DNA of 64,000 nt from Octopus vulgaris (GCA_951406725.2 OX597814.1:6262001-6326000), one strand, 5' to 3'; positions 24,541 through 37,732 are shown, counted from the stretch's first letter. Numbers and translations are program-made. Notes: generated by a model from the letters alone, not told the origin.

Positions 24541-26508
24541 ATGTGCAAAGGTTAGTGTTCTCAATGATGTAGATGGACAAGTTCAGCTTAGATCTAGAAA
24601 TACAATGGTTGGACACATCATTGTCAGTGTTATATCCTAAAGTGATTGGATGCTTTGGGCTTTAGAAGAAACCCCTTCACCAAGACAGCCTGACCTTAGG
24701 TTGACTAAATCTGTGTCTGTGACCAAGTGCCATTCTACTGACCTCACTGATCCCCACTTTTTTTTTTTAGTCAGAATAAGAAACCGAAATTTAAGGAGAA
24801 GAGAAAATAGCAGGGAATTAGTGAGGATGGGGGAGGAGAGATAAGAAAAGGATAGATAGAGAGAGAGAAAGGGCAGAGTGAGGGAGTAAGAGAAAGACTG
24901 ACTCTTGTAATGGGAGGAAAATTTAAGGTAGAATGAGCCAACAGTTAACAATGGTCTGTGTAGAAACTGAACCACTAATTAGGAATGAAGAAGCATTTGT
25001 AAAAAAGAATGTCAGAATATACTAACAGAATGTCTTAATAATGTAACAATGACAATACATCTTCTCTGACAGGGGCCACTATCTCCCCCTGCTATGAGAA
25101 CCACTTAAGAAGAAAATTGTTGCAATTTGTCTCACTTCCTTGAAAACAACAGCTGCTTCTATAAGACACTGGTACAAAGCTAAAAATAAACCTCAAATAC
25201 ACTTTACACATTGATAGAGTGTAATACGTCAGTGCTCAGATCTGTGTTATAGAATGTTCTTGTGTCATTCCAGACAGTCAACAGGGGCCGATGGAAGGGC
25301 TGGGTATAAGTGCCAGGTATGTCTGTTGATGATGAGAGATAACACTCCAGATCTATGAGGCTTCTGCTGAGTTGATGACCCCACTGCATATTTCAGAATG
25401 TGATCAAGGCTGTGGTGGTGGGCATCTAAGCAGTGTCAGCATGATGACAAAGTGAGTGAAGAGGATGTCGGGCCTCCTTTAAAAGTTAACATTGTGACAG
25501 TGGTGGAAGGGAAAAACAAGGAAGTTGGGACAACGGTTGATCAACATCTCAAGGCTTCACATTCTAGCAACTCGAGAATAATTTCCGTACAAGAAAATAA
25601 TGCAGTATAAAAATAGGAAATTTAATGGGAAATATTGGATTGGAATACTTATGTCCAGTGTACAACAAGATGAAAGCTTCAGAATGTCCTCTCCACCAAC
25701 CACAGTCCGATGTGGAGGTCATAAATTTGAGCTTGAGATCATACTGATTTGGTGGGAAATATTAAAGAAATGATTATGAATGTTGTTGAGAAATAATTAT
25801 TTTAGCTTCTGTGTTCTGGTTGTAACTAACGACATACAATTGTCAGTTTTTGAAACTTTAATTCTTAATATCAGAAGTCAAAGTGAAAACCCAAGAGACA
25901 AAACTAATTTATAATATTTTTATGTTTTAAAATATTCAACCTGGTCACAACTGGTCAACAGCTCACAACAGACCGACTGACAACAGATTGACTTCTATTT
26001 TTAAATTTGAATCCAAACTTTTATGGATTAACAACTAATATTAGAAATGTCAAAATCTAAAATAGCTAAAGTGTTACACTTTAACAATAAAATATTCTTC
26101 ACTGGAGAAGTCATTTTAAATGGATAACATTTCGCTGTACAAAAGTGTTTGTGTTTTAAGAGATTATACAGTTATTACAATGTTCTAAATGTACTTAGTG
26201 AATAAAATATTAAATAACAAACAATATCTGAAAAGGCTTGTCAGTATGTCTTGTGGTCCCAATGGACAAAATGGGAAAGACGTTGCCTTGGAGAGTGGCA
26301 AGGGAGATGCACTGGAACAGCCACTCTGACTCATGAGGCTTGCCAGTAGCAGTGAGCAGGGATGTGGCCCAGGGGAGACAGTGGAGGTCTCCACTGCCAC
26401 AGGCTCAATCAGGCTGTAGATCCACTTTTAACAATAATAGTTTAAGATTTAACCAGAAATATAACTATATCTGGATATCACTTCGTTGTTAATTACCAAA
26501 TGAATAAC

Positions 26509-26934
26509 TATCTATCTATCTATCCGCTCAGTTGAAGTCAACTCTCGGTTACTCGATGGGTCAGTGTCCTCCAGCCAGTTCTATCCTGGGCCGCTTCTTT
26601 CAGATTGGCTATGTCTATTCCTGTATCACTCTTAATGGTGTCAAGTTAGTGGGTTTTTGGTCGGCCTCTTCCTCTCTTGCCACTGACCATTCCAAGCATG
26701 ATGTCCTTCTCCAGGGATTTTCTCTGCATAATATGACCAAAATATGTCAATCTATGCTTGGTGATCCTAGCTTCTAGCGACAGTTTTGGCTTGATCTGGT
26801 TAAGAACTTCTCCATTGGTGAACCTCGCTGTCCATGGAATCCGTAAACATCTTCTCCAACACCAAAGCTCGAATACATTAATTCTCTTCTGGTCAGCTTT
26901 CTTTAGTGTCCAGGTCTCGCATCCATATGTTGCT
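26509..26934 (-). mobile_element. 5'-truncated RTE (BovB-like) LINE with (GATA)n tail and 11-bp TSD
   Basis: YGCETWTLKKADQKRINVFELWCWRRCLRIPWTAR...YFGHIMQR.SLEKDIMLG...RGRGRP. TSD aaatgaataac at 26498-26508 and 26935-26945. Confidence 0.9.
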
Positions 26935-27289
26935 AAATGAATAACATAATTATAAATTTGTTTCTATGGAACTTTTTAATTGGGTAAACATTGATGAAAG
27001 AGTTAAATACACTCAGTTATGTCGCTGGACATAAACTGACAACTATATTACAAACAGTTTAATTATTGTTGCATCCATTTTGCTGACAGATTGTTGTGAA
27101 TTAAATAAAAAAATCATTTTAATTTTGCCTTTGGAAGGTGAATAAGAAGCTGAGTGAAGATTATATGTGTATTTTTAGAAATAGTGAGAAATGACAGATA
27201 AAGTAAATTCATGAAGCGTTCAGAAAGTGTAGAGATTATCAATGACGAACACATGGAATGGCCGTTTGGCACCATTCAGACTTTTTTTC

Positions 27290-27480
27290 TGTCAAATGTT
27301 TATTTATTCCAGCGTTTTCATTTAATCATTCATAATCTTGTAGCTGTGAGATTTTGATTATGTGATTGTATATTTTCGAAATGACATTGAAGGGTAGGTG
27401 TTAGAGGCCGGATCTGGACAGTTAGAAAATGAACAGGTAGAATATTTGTGCTGGATACGGCTGCATTGAATACTAAATGG
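27290..27480 (-). mobile_element. diverged MITE family B copy
   Basis: Aligns by eye to 57741-57968 (atgacattg..gggtaggtgt.agaggc.ggatctgg). Confidence 0.55.
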
Positions 27481-28457
27481 CGAAAGGACATCTGGTGGTT
27501 CAGACTGACAAGATGAAGACAAAACAACTGAAAAGCTTTAGGAATTGGCTTTTACATTACAACATGTACAATTCATTCAATAAATATAGATACTTTAGTG
27601 ATATGAATATTTATCTATTCACCACGGTACTTAATCATGATGATGATGATGGTACTTAATGTGGACTTAATTAGAAAAAGTTCCCGCAGTGTCATTAAAT
27701 ACAAATAATATATTTACTAAACTTTTAGTTATTCCTCTGAGCAGAAAGAGAGAAGAAGCATTTTTTGTTTTTCTGTTTTTCCAGCTTCAAATATTAAATG
27801 GTTGATTTGTTCTTCATTGGATAATATCAAAGAGAAATCTACAAATCTTTTTATCCAAAAAGAATGACTCCCAATTCAAGAATTGTATTGAAAAGGTCAG
27901 AGTTCTTTGTGGATGTTTCCTTTTTTTCCTTTTGCTATTTTGGCAAAACCATTTCAATTGGTTTCGTTAGCATCTACAGTTCTACTGACATCTTCTTCCT
28001 CAGCTGCTAGTTCAGCTAGTCTTTGATGTTTTACTAAGAATTTTATTCTCTATTTTGGCTTTGCTGCTAAAATGAAGACACTTATTCCAAAACTGTTCCC
28101 TGCTCCTTTCCACCATTTTTTTTCTTGCCTACATTTCCACATAAAGAGTAAGGACAATCTGTCCCTACACAACAATACTAGGAGTACAAGCTAAACACCC
28201 TTTCAGAGTGGCCCTAACAACTACAACGAAAATAACAACATAAGGGTGAAATGTAAGGACTGTCTTTAATACAAGGTTATTTCTCACTGAGATTGATGTG
28301 ATCATTACCATATTTCATAATAATTACAATTGTCAGGTGTGTCTATTCCCATCCAAAGTCTCAGCAGTCCTTCAAGATTGTAATTCAAATCTTCTGGCCA
28401 TTTATATCAACTTGGTTGGATCTCTGAGAAAATACTTTCACAAGAATATGACTTAGC

Positions 28458-28822
28458 TCTTTTATTCATTTCAGTCATTTTTGACTGTGACCATGCTGGA
28501 GCATTGCCTTTAGTTGAACAAATCAACCCCTGGACTTATTCTTTGAAAGCCTGGTACTTATTCTATTGGTCTCTTTTGCTGAACCACTAAGTTACAGGAA
28601 TCTAAGCACACCAACATCGGTGTCAAGCAATGGTGGGAGGACAAACACAGACACACAAATACATATACGACAGGCTTCTTCCAGTTTCCGTCTTCCAAGC
28701 CCACTCACAAGGCTTTGGTCAGCCCAAGGCTATAGTAGAAGACACTTGCCCAAGGTGCCACACAGTAGGACTGAACCCGGAACCATGTGGTTGAGAAGCA
28801 AGCTTCTTACCACACAGCCACA
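28458..28822 (-). mobile_element. tRNA-derived SINE (4401 family)
   Basis: Reverse copy retaining ggttccgggttcagtcc. Confidence 0.8.
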
Positions 28823-29237
28823 TTTGTAAAAAATTCCATCATCCTTTCCTGGATTGCTTTCAATGGATTGGGAGACATATTTCTTCCTTGTTCATACAAA
28901 CATACAAAAAAAAAAATTGATTGACGAGAAAAAAAACAACCAAAAGAAACAAACAAACAAAAAAAACAACATACAAACCATTGTCTCTGTTTAAGACTGA
29001 TGGTAAACTGCCCTGGGAATTAATTATTATTTAAACAACGCAAGATAATTAAGATTCTCAAGAAATATGAATACTGATAACGAAATTAATGTACGTTCAA
29101 GAGAAGATGCAAAATGTTGCGACAGGGTAGAAATTCTTGAAATAAATACATAATAATAATAGTGACATTAGATCCGACACTAAAGCACGACACAGTGCTT
29201 GGATCTGTCAGGCCCGATTGTCTAATCCATGCCAGTA

Positions 29238-29266
29238 TGATGTTTCAAATGATGATGATGGTGATG

Positions 29267-29322
<56 letters not shown>

Positions 29323-29404
29323 GATGATGATGATGATGGTGATGATGATGTTTCAAATGGTGATGATGATGATGATGATGATGATGGTGATGATGATGTT
29401 TCAA

Positions 29405-29439
<35 letters not shown>

Positions 29440-29440
29440 A
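29238..29440. repeat. (GAT)n trinucleotide repeat with repeated gtttcaaat interruptions
   Basis: Direct reading. It follows a SINE-tail-like ccatgccag. Confidence 0.9.
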
Positions 29441-29959
29441 AAGCATCGATAAAGAATAAAGACAGTGAAAGAAACGATGTTTTAGATGTCATCCTTTGAA
29501 AATATGCAAACGAGGGGAAGAATAGTATTTTATTTAATTATTTATTTATTTACTTTCCAGTGTATCATTTTTGTGTTGCTTTTAATTTGTGCGGTTGTTT
29601 GTCAAAGAAAGAAAAAACAAACCCACCTGATTGGAATACAAAATATTTCACTGATTAATAATGACTTTCAGAGAAATACTTTAGAATCAGTCAACCCCTT
29701 CTCACCAAAAAAAACTAGGCTGCTGTTTCTACTACTACCATTCACATAATTTCTCCTCTCATCTGTGCAAATAGCTGATGTCAAATTAATGAGAAACAGC
29801 AAAACAAACACCCAGTTGGCAGCTTGCCAAGTTATGTCTCCCATCTTACTCTTGTTCTTGACAACTCTATCCATAATTTAGGTAAAAATAGGGTGTTGAG
29901 CTATATATGTTTCACTGGACTGACGACAAACGAGGTGTAGGTATATTCATGAACATCAC

Positions 29960-30232
29960 TGATCTGTGCTGGTGGCACATAAAAAAGCACCATTCGAGCA
30001 TGGTTGTTGTCAGTTCCACCTGACTGGCTGCTGTGCTGGTGGCACGTAAAAAGCACCTATTACACTCTCGGAGTGGTTGGCGTTAAGAAGGGCATCCAGC
30101 TGTAGAAACCTTGCCAGATCAGACTGGAACCTGGTGCAGCCTCCTGGCTAGCCAGTCCTCAGTCAAACCATCCAATCCATGCCAGCATGGAAAGAGGATG
30201 TTAAACGATAATGATGATGATGATGATGATGA
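29960..30232 (+). mobile_element. RTE-tail SINE 3' half
   Basis: Same tail as 2640-3017. Confidence 0.8.
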
Positions 30233-30537
30233 CCACAAAGTTTATATTTACTGATACAATAGCCTATGAGATGGGACTAGAAAGTAATAAACACCCTTAA
30301 GAAGATTAATAAATACAATATTTATTCATAAACAACATGCAGTTCTTTTTTCAGATTTAGAAAAATTCTAAACCTAAAATTATGAGGACACCGTTCTATA
30401 ACAATTAAATATTATGCAATGTTCCATGGTTCTATTCAATATGGTATGAATTGTCCAAGCTTACTGATGTGCATTGAAGAGTTTAAATCACAACTGATAA
30501 CGTTAACAGTTCTCTATAACAGTAATTAATACATCAA

Positions 30538-30865
30538 ATCATCATCATCATCATCATCATCATTTAACGTTCGCTTTCCATGCTAGCATGGGTCGGACGG
30601 TTCAACTGGGGTCTGTGAAGCCAGAAGGCTGCATCAGACCCAGTCTGATCTGGCAGTGTTTCTACGGCTGGATGCCCTTCCTAACACCAACCACTCCGTG
30701 AGTGTAGTGGGTGCTTTTTACGTGCCACCCATACAGGTGCCAGAGGGAGCTGGCAAACGGCCACAAACGGATGGTGCTTTTACGTGCCACCGGCACGGGG
30801 GCCAGGCAAGGCTGGCAACGGACACGAACGGATGGTGCTTTTACGTGCCACCGGCATGGGGGCCT
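30538..30865 (-). mobile_element. RTE-tail SINE 3' half
   Basis: (cat)n tail and three internal units in reverse orientation. Confidence 0.8.
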
Positions 30866-31216
30866 ATATTTCATAGGTGTATCCACAAGCCTCCAAGGTT
30901 GTTTACTAATATACTAGTATACTGATATGATTCAGATGTAAAATGTAAAACCAAAACAGAAAAAGTAACTTGACAGCTTTGGTTGAAGACCGATTCTTCC
31001 CCATCACTTTGGCAACACTTAAACCTCCTTTCTATCTACACTTTTCCCCCCTTTTTTTAATGGGGTTTCACTCCACCTAATACCAAACATAAGCAAACTT
31101 TGCAACCTAAGTTAACACAGATGTTTGTTTATACTATGATGGCAATGCTGTCACTAATCCAGTAATATTATGTTACATATCTCTGATGATTTGACAATGT
31201 AATTTGATTATAAAAT

Positions 31217-31928
31217 TTAGCTAGGTGACCAAGTCAGCAGTGGAGGAGGATGCTCTGAGATTGTAGCTGTTAGGAGAAGAATAGGCTGGGCAAAGTTCAG
31301 AAAGCTTCCACTTTTGTTGGTGACAAAGGGCCTCTTGTTCAAAGTGAAAGGCAGAGTGTATGATGCCTGTGTGCAAACAGCCATGCTACATGGCTGTGCA
31401 ACATGGGCTGTGACTGCAGAATATATGCAAAGGCTTGTAAGTAATGAAGCCAGTATGCTCCACTGGATGTGCAACGTTAGTGTGCTCATGTGAGAAAATA
31501 TGTCTTACGAGGAAAATTGGGTATAAGCGACATTAGATATAATGTGCAAAAGAGAAGACTGTGCTTGTATAGGCAAGGACAGCTATGTAAGAAAGTTCTG
31601 ATCTCTAACTATGGAGGGACCCTGTGGAAGAGGTGGACCCAGGAAGATATGGGATGGAATATGATATTTGGACGTTGAGTCTCATGGAGGTGATGACAAG
31701 TGACTGAGCCTTTAGGTGATTTGCTGTGCTTGAGAAGATATGTCAAGCCAAGGGAAATCGTAAATGTGGCCAGTGCCAGTGACACATTAAAGGCACCTGT
31801 GCCAGTGACATGTTAAAGGCATTCATACTGGTGACATGTTAAAGTTACCTGCGCCACTGACACATAAGAGGCACTCAAGCTAGTGACACACAGAAGGCAC
31901 GCATTCTAGTGATGATGATGATGATGAT
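31217..31928 (+). mobile_element. RTE-clade LINE 3' fragment
   Basis: LGDQVSSGGGCSE...RIGWAKFR..., VYDACVQTAMLHG..TW, RRL, GRGGP. The 3'UTR has ~30-bp tandem units and (GAT)n. Confidence 0.8.
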
Positions 31929-32229
31929 GTAACTAAATATTTTATAAACAATCTCTCCTATTTTGTTTTATTTTCTCTGAGTAATTTCCCCAACGACACA
32001 CGGATTATAACAGGAGTCTGCCTCATGGCCTCCCTTCAATTCTATGCAAATACACATGGAGTTTGAAATTTGCTGTGCCATATGAATTTTAAATTACATC
32101 ATATATGCATGCATAGACAAATCCCAAATCCCTTCAGGTAGATGGCCCTGCTTGATTTGTAAAAAAGGTGTAGGATGAAGCTCCATAAGATGTACCCAGT
32201 GTAAGCTGGGTACACATAAGAGGTGCAGC

Positions 32230-33296
32230 AATGTCAAAGGAAAGTTAACCAGTTTTTGTGTGTGGAAGGTGTAATGAACAGTAGAAATGTACAGAAAAGA
32301 GACTCCATCAAGTGACAGTGGGGAAAGTTAGAAGTAGTTGATAGCTCCTATTATCTAGGTGACCAAGTTAGTAGCGGAGGTGGATGCTCTGAAAGAATAG
32401 CTACTAGAATAAGACGAGGCCAGGCAAAGTGCAGAGAGCTTCTACTTCTGCTGGTAACAAAAGACCATGAAGTTAGTGTGCTACACTGGATGTGCAATGC
32501 CATTGTGCGTGTACAACAGAGAGTAAGTGTCATGAGAGTCGAGAGAAAAAAATGGCCATAAGAGGCATCAGATGTGGTGGTGGTGCAAGAGACACAACTG
32601 CATTGGTATGTGATGTGCACGGACAGGGACGGCTGTGTGAAGAAGTGATGATATCTAACTGTGGAGGGAACCTGTGGAAGACCCAGGAAAACATGGGATG
32701 AGGTGGTGAAGCATGACCTTTGAATGTTTGGGCCTCACAGAGGCAATCACTACTGACCAAGACTTTTGGCAATATACTGTGTGTGAGGGGACTAATCAAG
32801 CCAAGTGGAATTGTAGCTGTAGCTGTTGTCAGTGTCACGTAACTGACACCTGTACTGGTGGCACGTAAAAAGCACCTTTTGAGCACTGAGCCTCACGGAG
32901 GCTATGTGGCCGATGCAAGTGTCATGTAACTCACACCCATGCCGGGGACATGCAAACAGCAACTTTCAAGCATTGGGCTGCACAGGGGCAAAGATAAATG
33001 ACTGAAACCTTTTGTAATAAGCTGTGCTTGAGAAGAAAATCCATCAAGCCAAGTGAAATCATAGCTGTGGCAGATACTGGCACCACACAACAGGCACCTG
33101 TGCTGGTGGCACATAAAAGCACCCATTACATTATCGGAGTGGTTGGCATTAGGAAGGGCATTCAGCCATAGAAACCATGCCAAATCAGAGAGGAGCCTGG
33201 TGCAGCCCCTCAGCTTACTAGCCCTGGTCAAACCCTCCAACCCATGCCAGCATGGACAAATGGATGTTAAATGATGATGATGATGGTAATGATGAT
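32230..33296 (+). mobile_element. RTE-clade LINE 3' fragment running into the SINE-type tail
   Basis: KLEVVDS.YYLGDQVSSGGGCSE.IATRIR. The 3'UTR contains gtggcacgtaaaaagcacc and the ggttggcattaggaagggcat...(gat)n tail. Confidence 0.8.
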
Positions 33297-33555
33297 AAAC
33301 AAAATTGAACACACATCCTCAAGGTGTGTATATTGTTAGTTCGTCATGCAGGTGTGTTTCTGCTCCTTTTACGCGCCAATGTCTGTCTCTTTGAAAAAAA
33401 TAAGGGATTTGATGCAAGTTGTCTCGCTTGGCTATGACTTACTTTCAGGTGTTTTACACCAAAGGTATTAAGAATATATTCTCTTACCTAAAAAACACAA
33501 CTGCCAAACGAACTAACAATACACACACCTTGAGGATGTGAGTTTGATTTTGTTT
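33297..33555. repeat. inverted repeat with ~64-bp arms and ~130-bp spacer
   Basis: 33297-33360 is an imperfect reverse complement of 33491-33555 (cacatcctcaaggtgtgt / acacaccttgaggatgtg). Confidence 0.85.
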
Positions 33556-33590
33556 AAATACCTCGAGGTACTTCTAATTCATATTTGAAT

Positions 33591-33645
<55 letters not shown>

Positions 33646-33695
33646 AGAGTATTGTAGTTCACTTGAAGCATTGTGTATTGTTTGTAAAGAATAAA

Positions 33696-33937
33696 AACAA
33701 TGCACTATAATACAAACAATGGGCTGTGTATACCTGTTGTAATTTAGTTCTCCATGGTCTGATATATTTCGGAATAAAATTCCTTCTTCAGATATTCTTA
33801 GATGGAGTCGCTGCTAAGAAGCGATTCCATCTAAGAATATCTGAAGAAGGAATATTATTCCGAAATATCATATCAAACTATGGATGACTAAATTACAACA
33901 GGTATATAGTCCACTGTTTGTATTATAGTGCATTGTT
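33696..33937. repeat. ~240-bp near-perfect palindrome with 7-nt loop, carrying two hammerhead motifs
   Basis: Arms 33696-33812 and 33820-33937 are reverse complements. Confidence 0.9.
33837..33873 (+). ncRNA. minimal type-I hammerhead ribozyme, core intact
   Basis: AUAU-CUGAAGA-A-GGAAU(AUU)AUUCC-GAAA-U-AUC^-AUAU. Helix III is the palindromic AUAU. Confidence 0.7.
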
Positions 33938-34844
33938 GTACCATTCAAAACTGTATATATTATACACACACACACACATACACACACACAGAGGGAGAGA
34001 AAGAAAGAAAAACTCAAAGACAAGAGAAAATAGAAATGAAAGAATTCTGCTATGGATTGCCATTTGAGGGAACGTAGCTAAAAGACAGACACAGAAAGAA
34101 AATAAAACCACAGAGAAAAGACATTGGAGTCGATAGCTGGAAATAACAGGATGGTGGAATAAGGAGGATTGAGTAAGAGAAACGACAAGGATGGAATGAA
34201 AAAGGTATGTGTGTGGAGGGTGTGTGTGTGTGTGGAGGGTGTGTGTGTGTGTGGAGGGTGTGTTCAGCGATAAAAACTGATATTGCAATTTGATGATAAG
34301 ATCAATTGAACAGAAGTGTTGCTAGTTATGAGCATTTCATGGTTGTCTCTTTGATTGGGAATCAATGAGGATTCTCCAGCAATGAATAATGGAAGCACCA
34401 AAGAATGAGGAAATATGAAAGTATTCATAAAAATTCTTTAAATCCAATGTAATGAGGATATTATGACAGTGTAGAGCTATCAAATAATGGACGATTTTAA
34501 TGTAATAAAGCTGTACCTAGAAATGAAGCCTGTTTCTACTTGAGAACCTGGAGATATCTGAATACATGAAAGGAAGAAAATATACCAGAAGCTGACAAAA
34601 GAAATGAAATTTAAAGAGTTCTTACTCTCACCATTCTTCGTTTTGTTTATCTTCACCCCTATCATTCTTGTCATTGCTTAACTTTCAATGTTTTCTCCAC
34701 CACCCTCATCATACACTCCCCTTTTCTAAACAGTCACACACTCCTTCTTCCTTACTTTTATTGTTTTTATTATTTTCATTTCTTGTAATTTACATGACTC
34801 TCCTTCAGCTTCATTACTGAGTTCATCATCATATTTTTAATGTG

Positions 34845-35100
34845 CTGGGTACCATGTAAAGAAAGCACTGGTGACGGTACCACATTGAAAACACTGGTGA
34901 CGGTACCATGTGAAAAGCACTGGTGATGTACCTCATGAAAATTACCTGGTACACTCTGTAAAGTGGTTGGCATTAGGAAGAGTATCCAACCGTAGGGACC
35001 ATGATAAAGCAGACAATGGGGCTTGGTGTGGCTCCTGTCAAACTATCCAGCCCATGCCAACATAGAAAACGGATGTCAGATGATGATGATGATGATAATG
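34845..35100 (+). mobile_element. older RTE-tail SINE with ~25-bp internal tandem units
   Basis: aagcactggtgacggtacca repeats, then gtggttggcattaggaag...(gat)n. Confidence 0.6.
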
Positions 35101-35689
35101 TTCCATGCTTGCATGAGCTGGATGAAATTCAGTTAGAATCAATTCTTTCCCAGTTTCCATGTCAGATAATAGCTGTGCCTGGCCAACATTGGAAACAAAG
35201 GATGCCACTTGTGTGACAGTGACACTCATTTACAACTATCATGCACTTTCAAAACAAGGAGACCATTACACCCACATGATGGTCTTCTTTTAGCTTCAGG
35301 GGAAAGAGCAGGACCTGCTGAACGTGCTCTGCAGTGGAACTGAAGTTATACTTTACATTCCATACAATGACATGTTCAAGTAGTTATCTCCCTCCTGGGC
35401 CAGTGATAGCATTTTCCCTTAATAGTTCATCCCCCCACCCCTCCACTCGCTGCCATTCTGCTTCTTTTGGTTTCCAATATCATCATTAGATTCCACTTGT
35501 TGAAAACTGACATGTTTTCTTAGTCTTCTTTCTAGATCTATGTGTTTCTTCTGATGCAGATAGAAGAGTCCCTGCTCCTCCTCACCTGTGAACAATACTG
35601 CCCCCACCCACCACATGGCTACATTTTCAGCTACTACTAGATTTAGATTAGATATGGACCCACCCATCACCTTTTAAAAACACATATCC

Positions 35690-35975
35690 AGTCTCTAACT
35701 GCTTAACTACAAGCCACCTATTACTTATAACACTCTCTTCATTATAACTGCCCAATTAAAGAAAGCATTAATGCTTCTGTACACAGCAATCTCTGCCATT
35801 CATAAACACGTCCTCTTACTCTGCTTCAAACTTTCTATGCCCAACACCTCTAAATAAATCTATTCCTCCTTCAATCATTTTCCAAATTCCTCCAACCAAG
35901 AAAAACTTCTTGAGGGATATCTTTCTCACTTCACCACTTTCCGAAGTTTCCTTCCTCAGCGACTTCAATGTTCTT
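35690..35975 (+). mobile_element. possible APE-endonuclease remnant of a LINE
   Basis: gaagtttccttcctcagcgacttcaatgtt translates as EVSFLSDFNV, resembling the GDFN motif. Otherwise heavily decayed. Confidence 0.3.
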
Positions 35976-37430
35976 CTTACTTTTAGTCTTCTTCCCATGT
36001 CGATCTTCCAGTCTTCCTCCAATCTTCTTCCCACTACAGAAGAGGGGCCTCTTTAAATATGATTGATCGCATCACCTTTAAATATCCCTGTTTCACTAAC
36101 ATTTATTTAATTTAAACTAAAACTTGAGCCAAATTCAGGGCCAGGACATCAAATATTTTGAACAGCTCCTTAATGCGATGGGTTTCTTGAACCTTAGAAC
36201 AAACTACTCTAAATGCTTCCTCTCCATTCATTTTCTTTAAGCTAGACTAATTACCAATGCCATAAACGTTTTCTACTCATTTTGGCTTTTTCTTCTTTTT
36301 CGCACATACATCAGTCTCTTGGCTATTGGAGATGATGTCAAATAATTGCTGTGCTGATGATGGATATTGAGGCAGAAATGAATCTACAACTGCCTTTTTA
36401 ATATCCAGACAATAAGCCTGTTTTTTTCTTTAACTGCATGTCAGCTTTGGAGAATTCTTTAATCTTGAGATTATCTTCCCTTCTCAAGTGATGCTGGTCT
36501 TAATTGCTATTTGGTAATTATGATTCATTCACAAGAGGTGGGGATGATTTTAATAAATTAAGAACTTATGTTGTATGTGATACACCTGTAATTGTCTCTC
36601 ACACACACACACACAGGGGTCATTCACCTGCTTGTAATGAATTCTCTTCAAATATTCAGTCACATTCAATAGTTTGATAAATGAGACTCTAAAAACTTCA
36701 AAAAAATTTCGAAAAGCAAACGTTTTTAGAAACGAGGACACCATCACCTGCCATTTATTATTCCCAGGATTTTAGTGTCAGGTTGCATAAATCAAAAGTG
36801 AACCCTTATTCAGAACCGGTTGCGTACAAACCTTGATGCCATATTGGCAAGAGGACATCGGCAGAATGAAATATGAATGTTAACGAACATTCAGAATGAT
36901 AAATAGTTTTTACTGGATTAAACTATGAATAACAACCAGATCAAAACAGATCAAAGGACTTTTGATGTACGGACAAAATTGCTGAGTTAATGAAATATTT
37001 GCTTGATGGGTTCGATAGAAATTATTTTAATTCACAAAAGTTAGCTCACCTGACAGTGGAGATCCCTTGAAAATAAGTGAATTCCAAAGTGTTTTATATT
37101 CTATTGCAGTTATTTAAAGTATAGGCAATAAAAGAGTTGAAACCAACACAGTTATAAACTAATTCTCAAATACCATTTACTAACAAATGCTGGTATTTAA
37201 CTGGAATGGCTGATTCCTTATAAGAATTCCACTATTGTTACTTGTTCATACTTTTACATTCCACAATGGAAAGTTTCCTTGCCGCCACTCATCCTTCTCC
37301 CTCAATTCACTTTGTATGTTGATGACCCACCCAGACACCTTATCACCACTATTTTCTGTTTCTCTGCGCCTCCACCCTGATCTTTGAAAATGTAAGGAGC
37401 AGTTTCAAATACTGGATAGCATTCTTGTCT

Positions 37431-37491
37431 TAATCACTGATGAAAATACCTAGAAGCTTTTAACTGGGGCATCTAAAACTGAGTATTATTA
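37431..37491 (+). ncRNA. degenerate type-I hammerhead motif (G12>A)
   Basis: UAAUCA-CUGAUGA-imperfect helix II (AUACCUAG/CUGGGGCAU)-AAAAC-UGA-GUA^-UUAUUA. Confidence 0.45.
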
Positions 37492-37732
37492 TGACAACTA
37501 ACTGATTGTCCTACATTATATATTTATAGATAAATTCCTCTATTTACATAATATCGAGGCCTCATTCATTCTTTTGTTGTCATATTATTACTATTAATAT
37601 ATATAAATTGAATAAGTATCACTAACATTATTTAAAATAATGTTAATAGTAAAGTGGCTCCAGAAGGGGCATGTAAAAACGCACATGGTGTAAAGTGGTG
37701 AATATTTCAGAAATAACATTTTATGCGTCGGG

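Noticed and set aside
29162-29499. poly-Asp/His/Met/Ser ORFs
   Set aside because: These are translations of a (GAT)n microsatellite.
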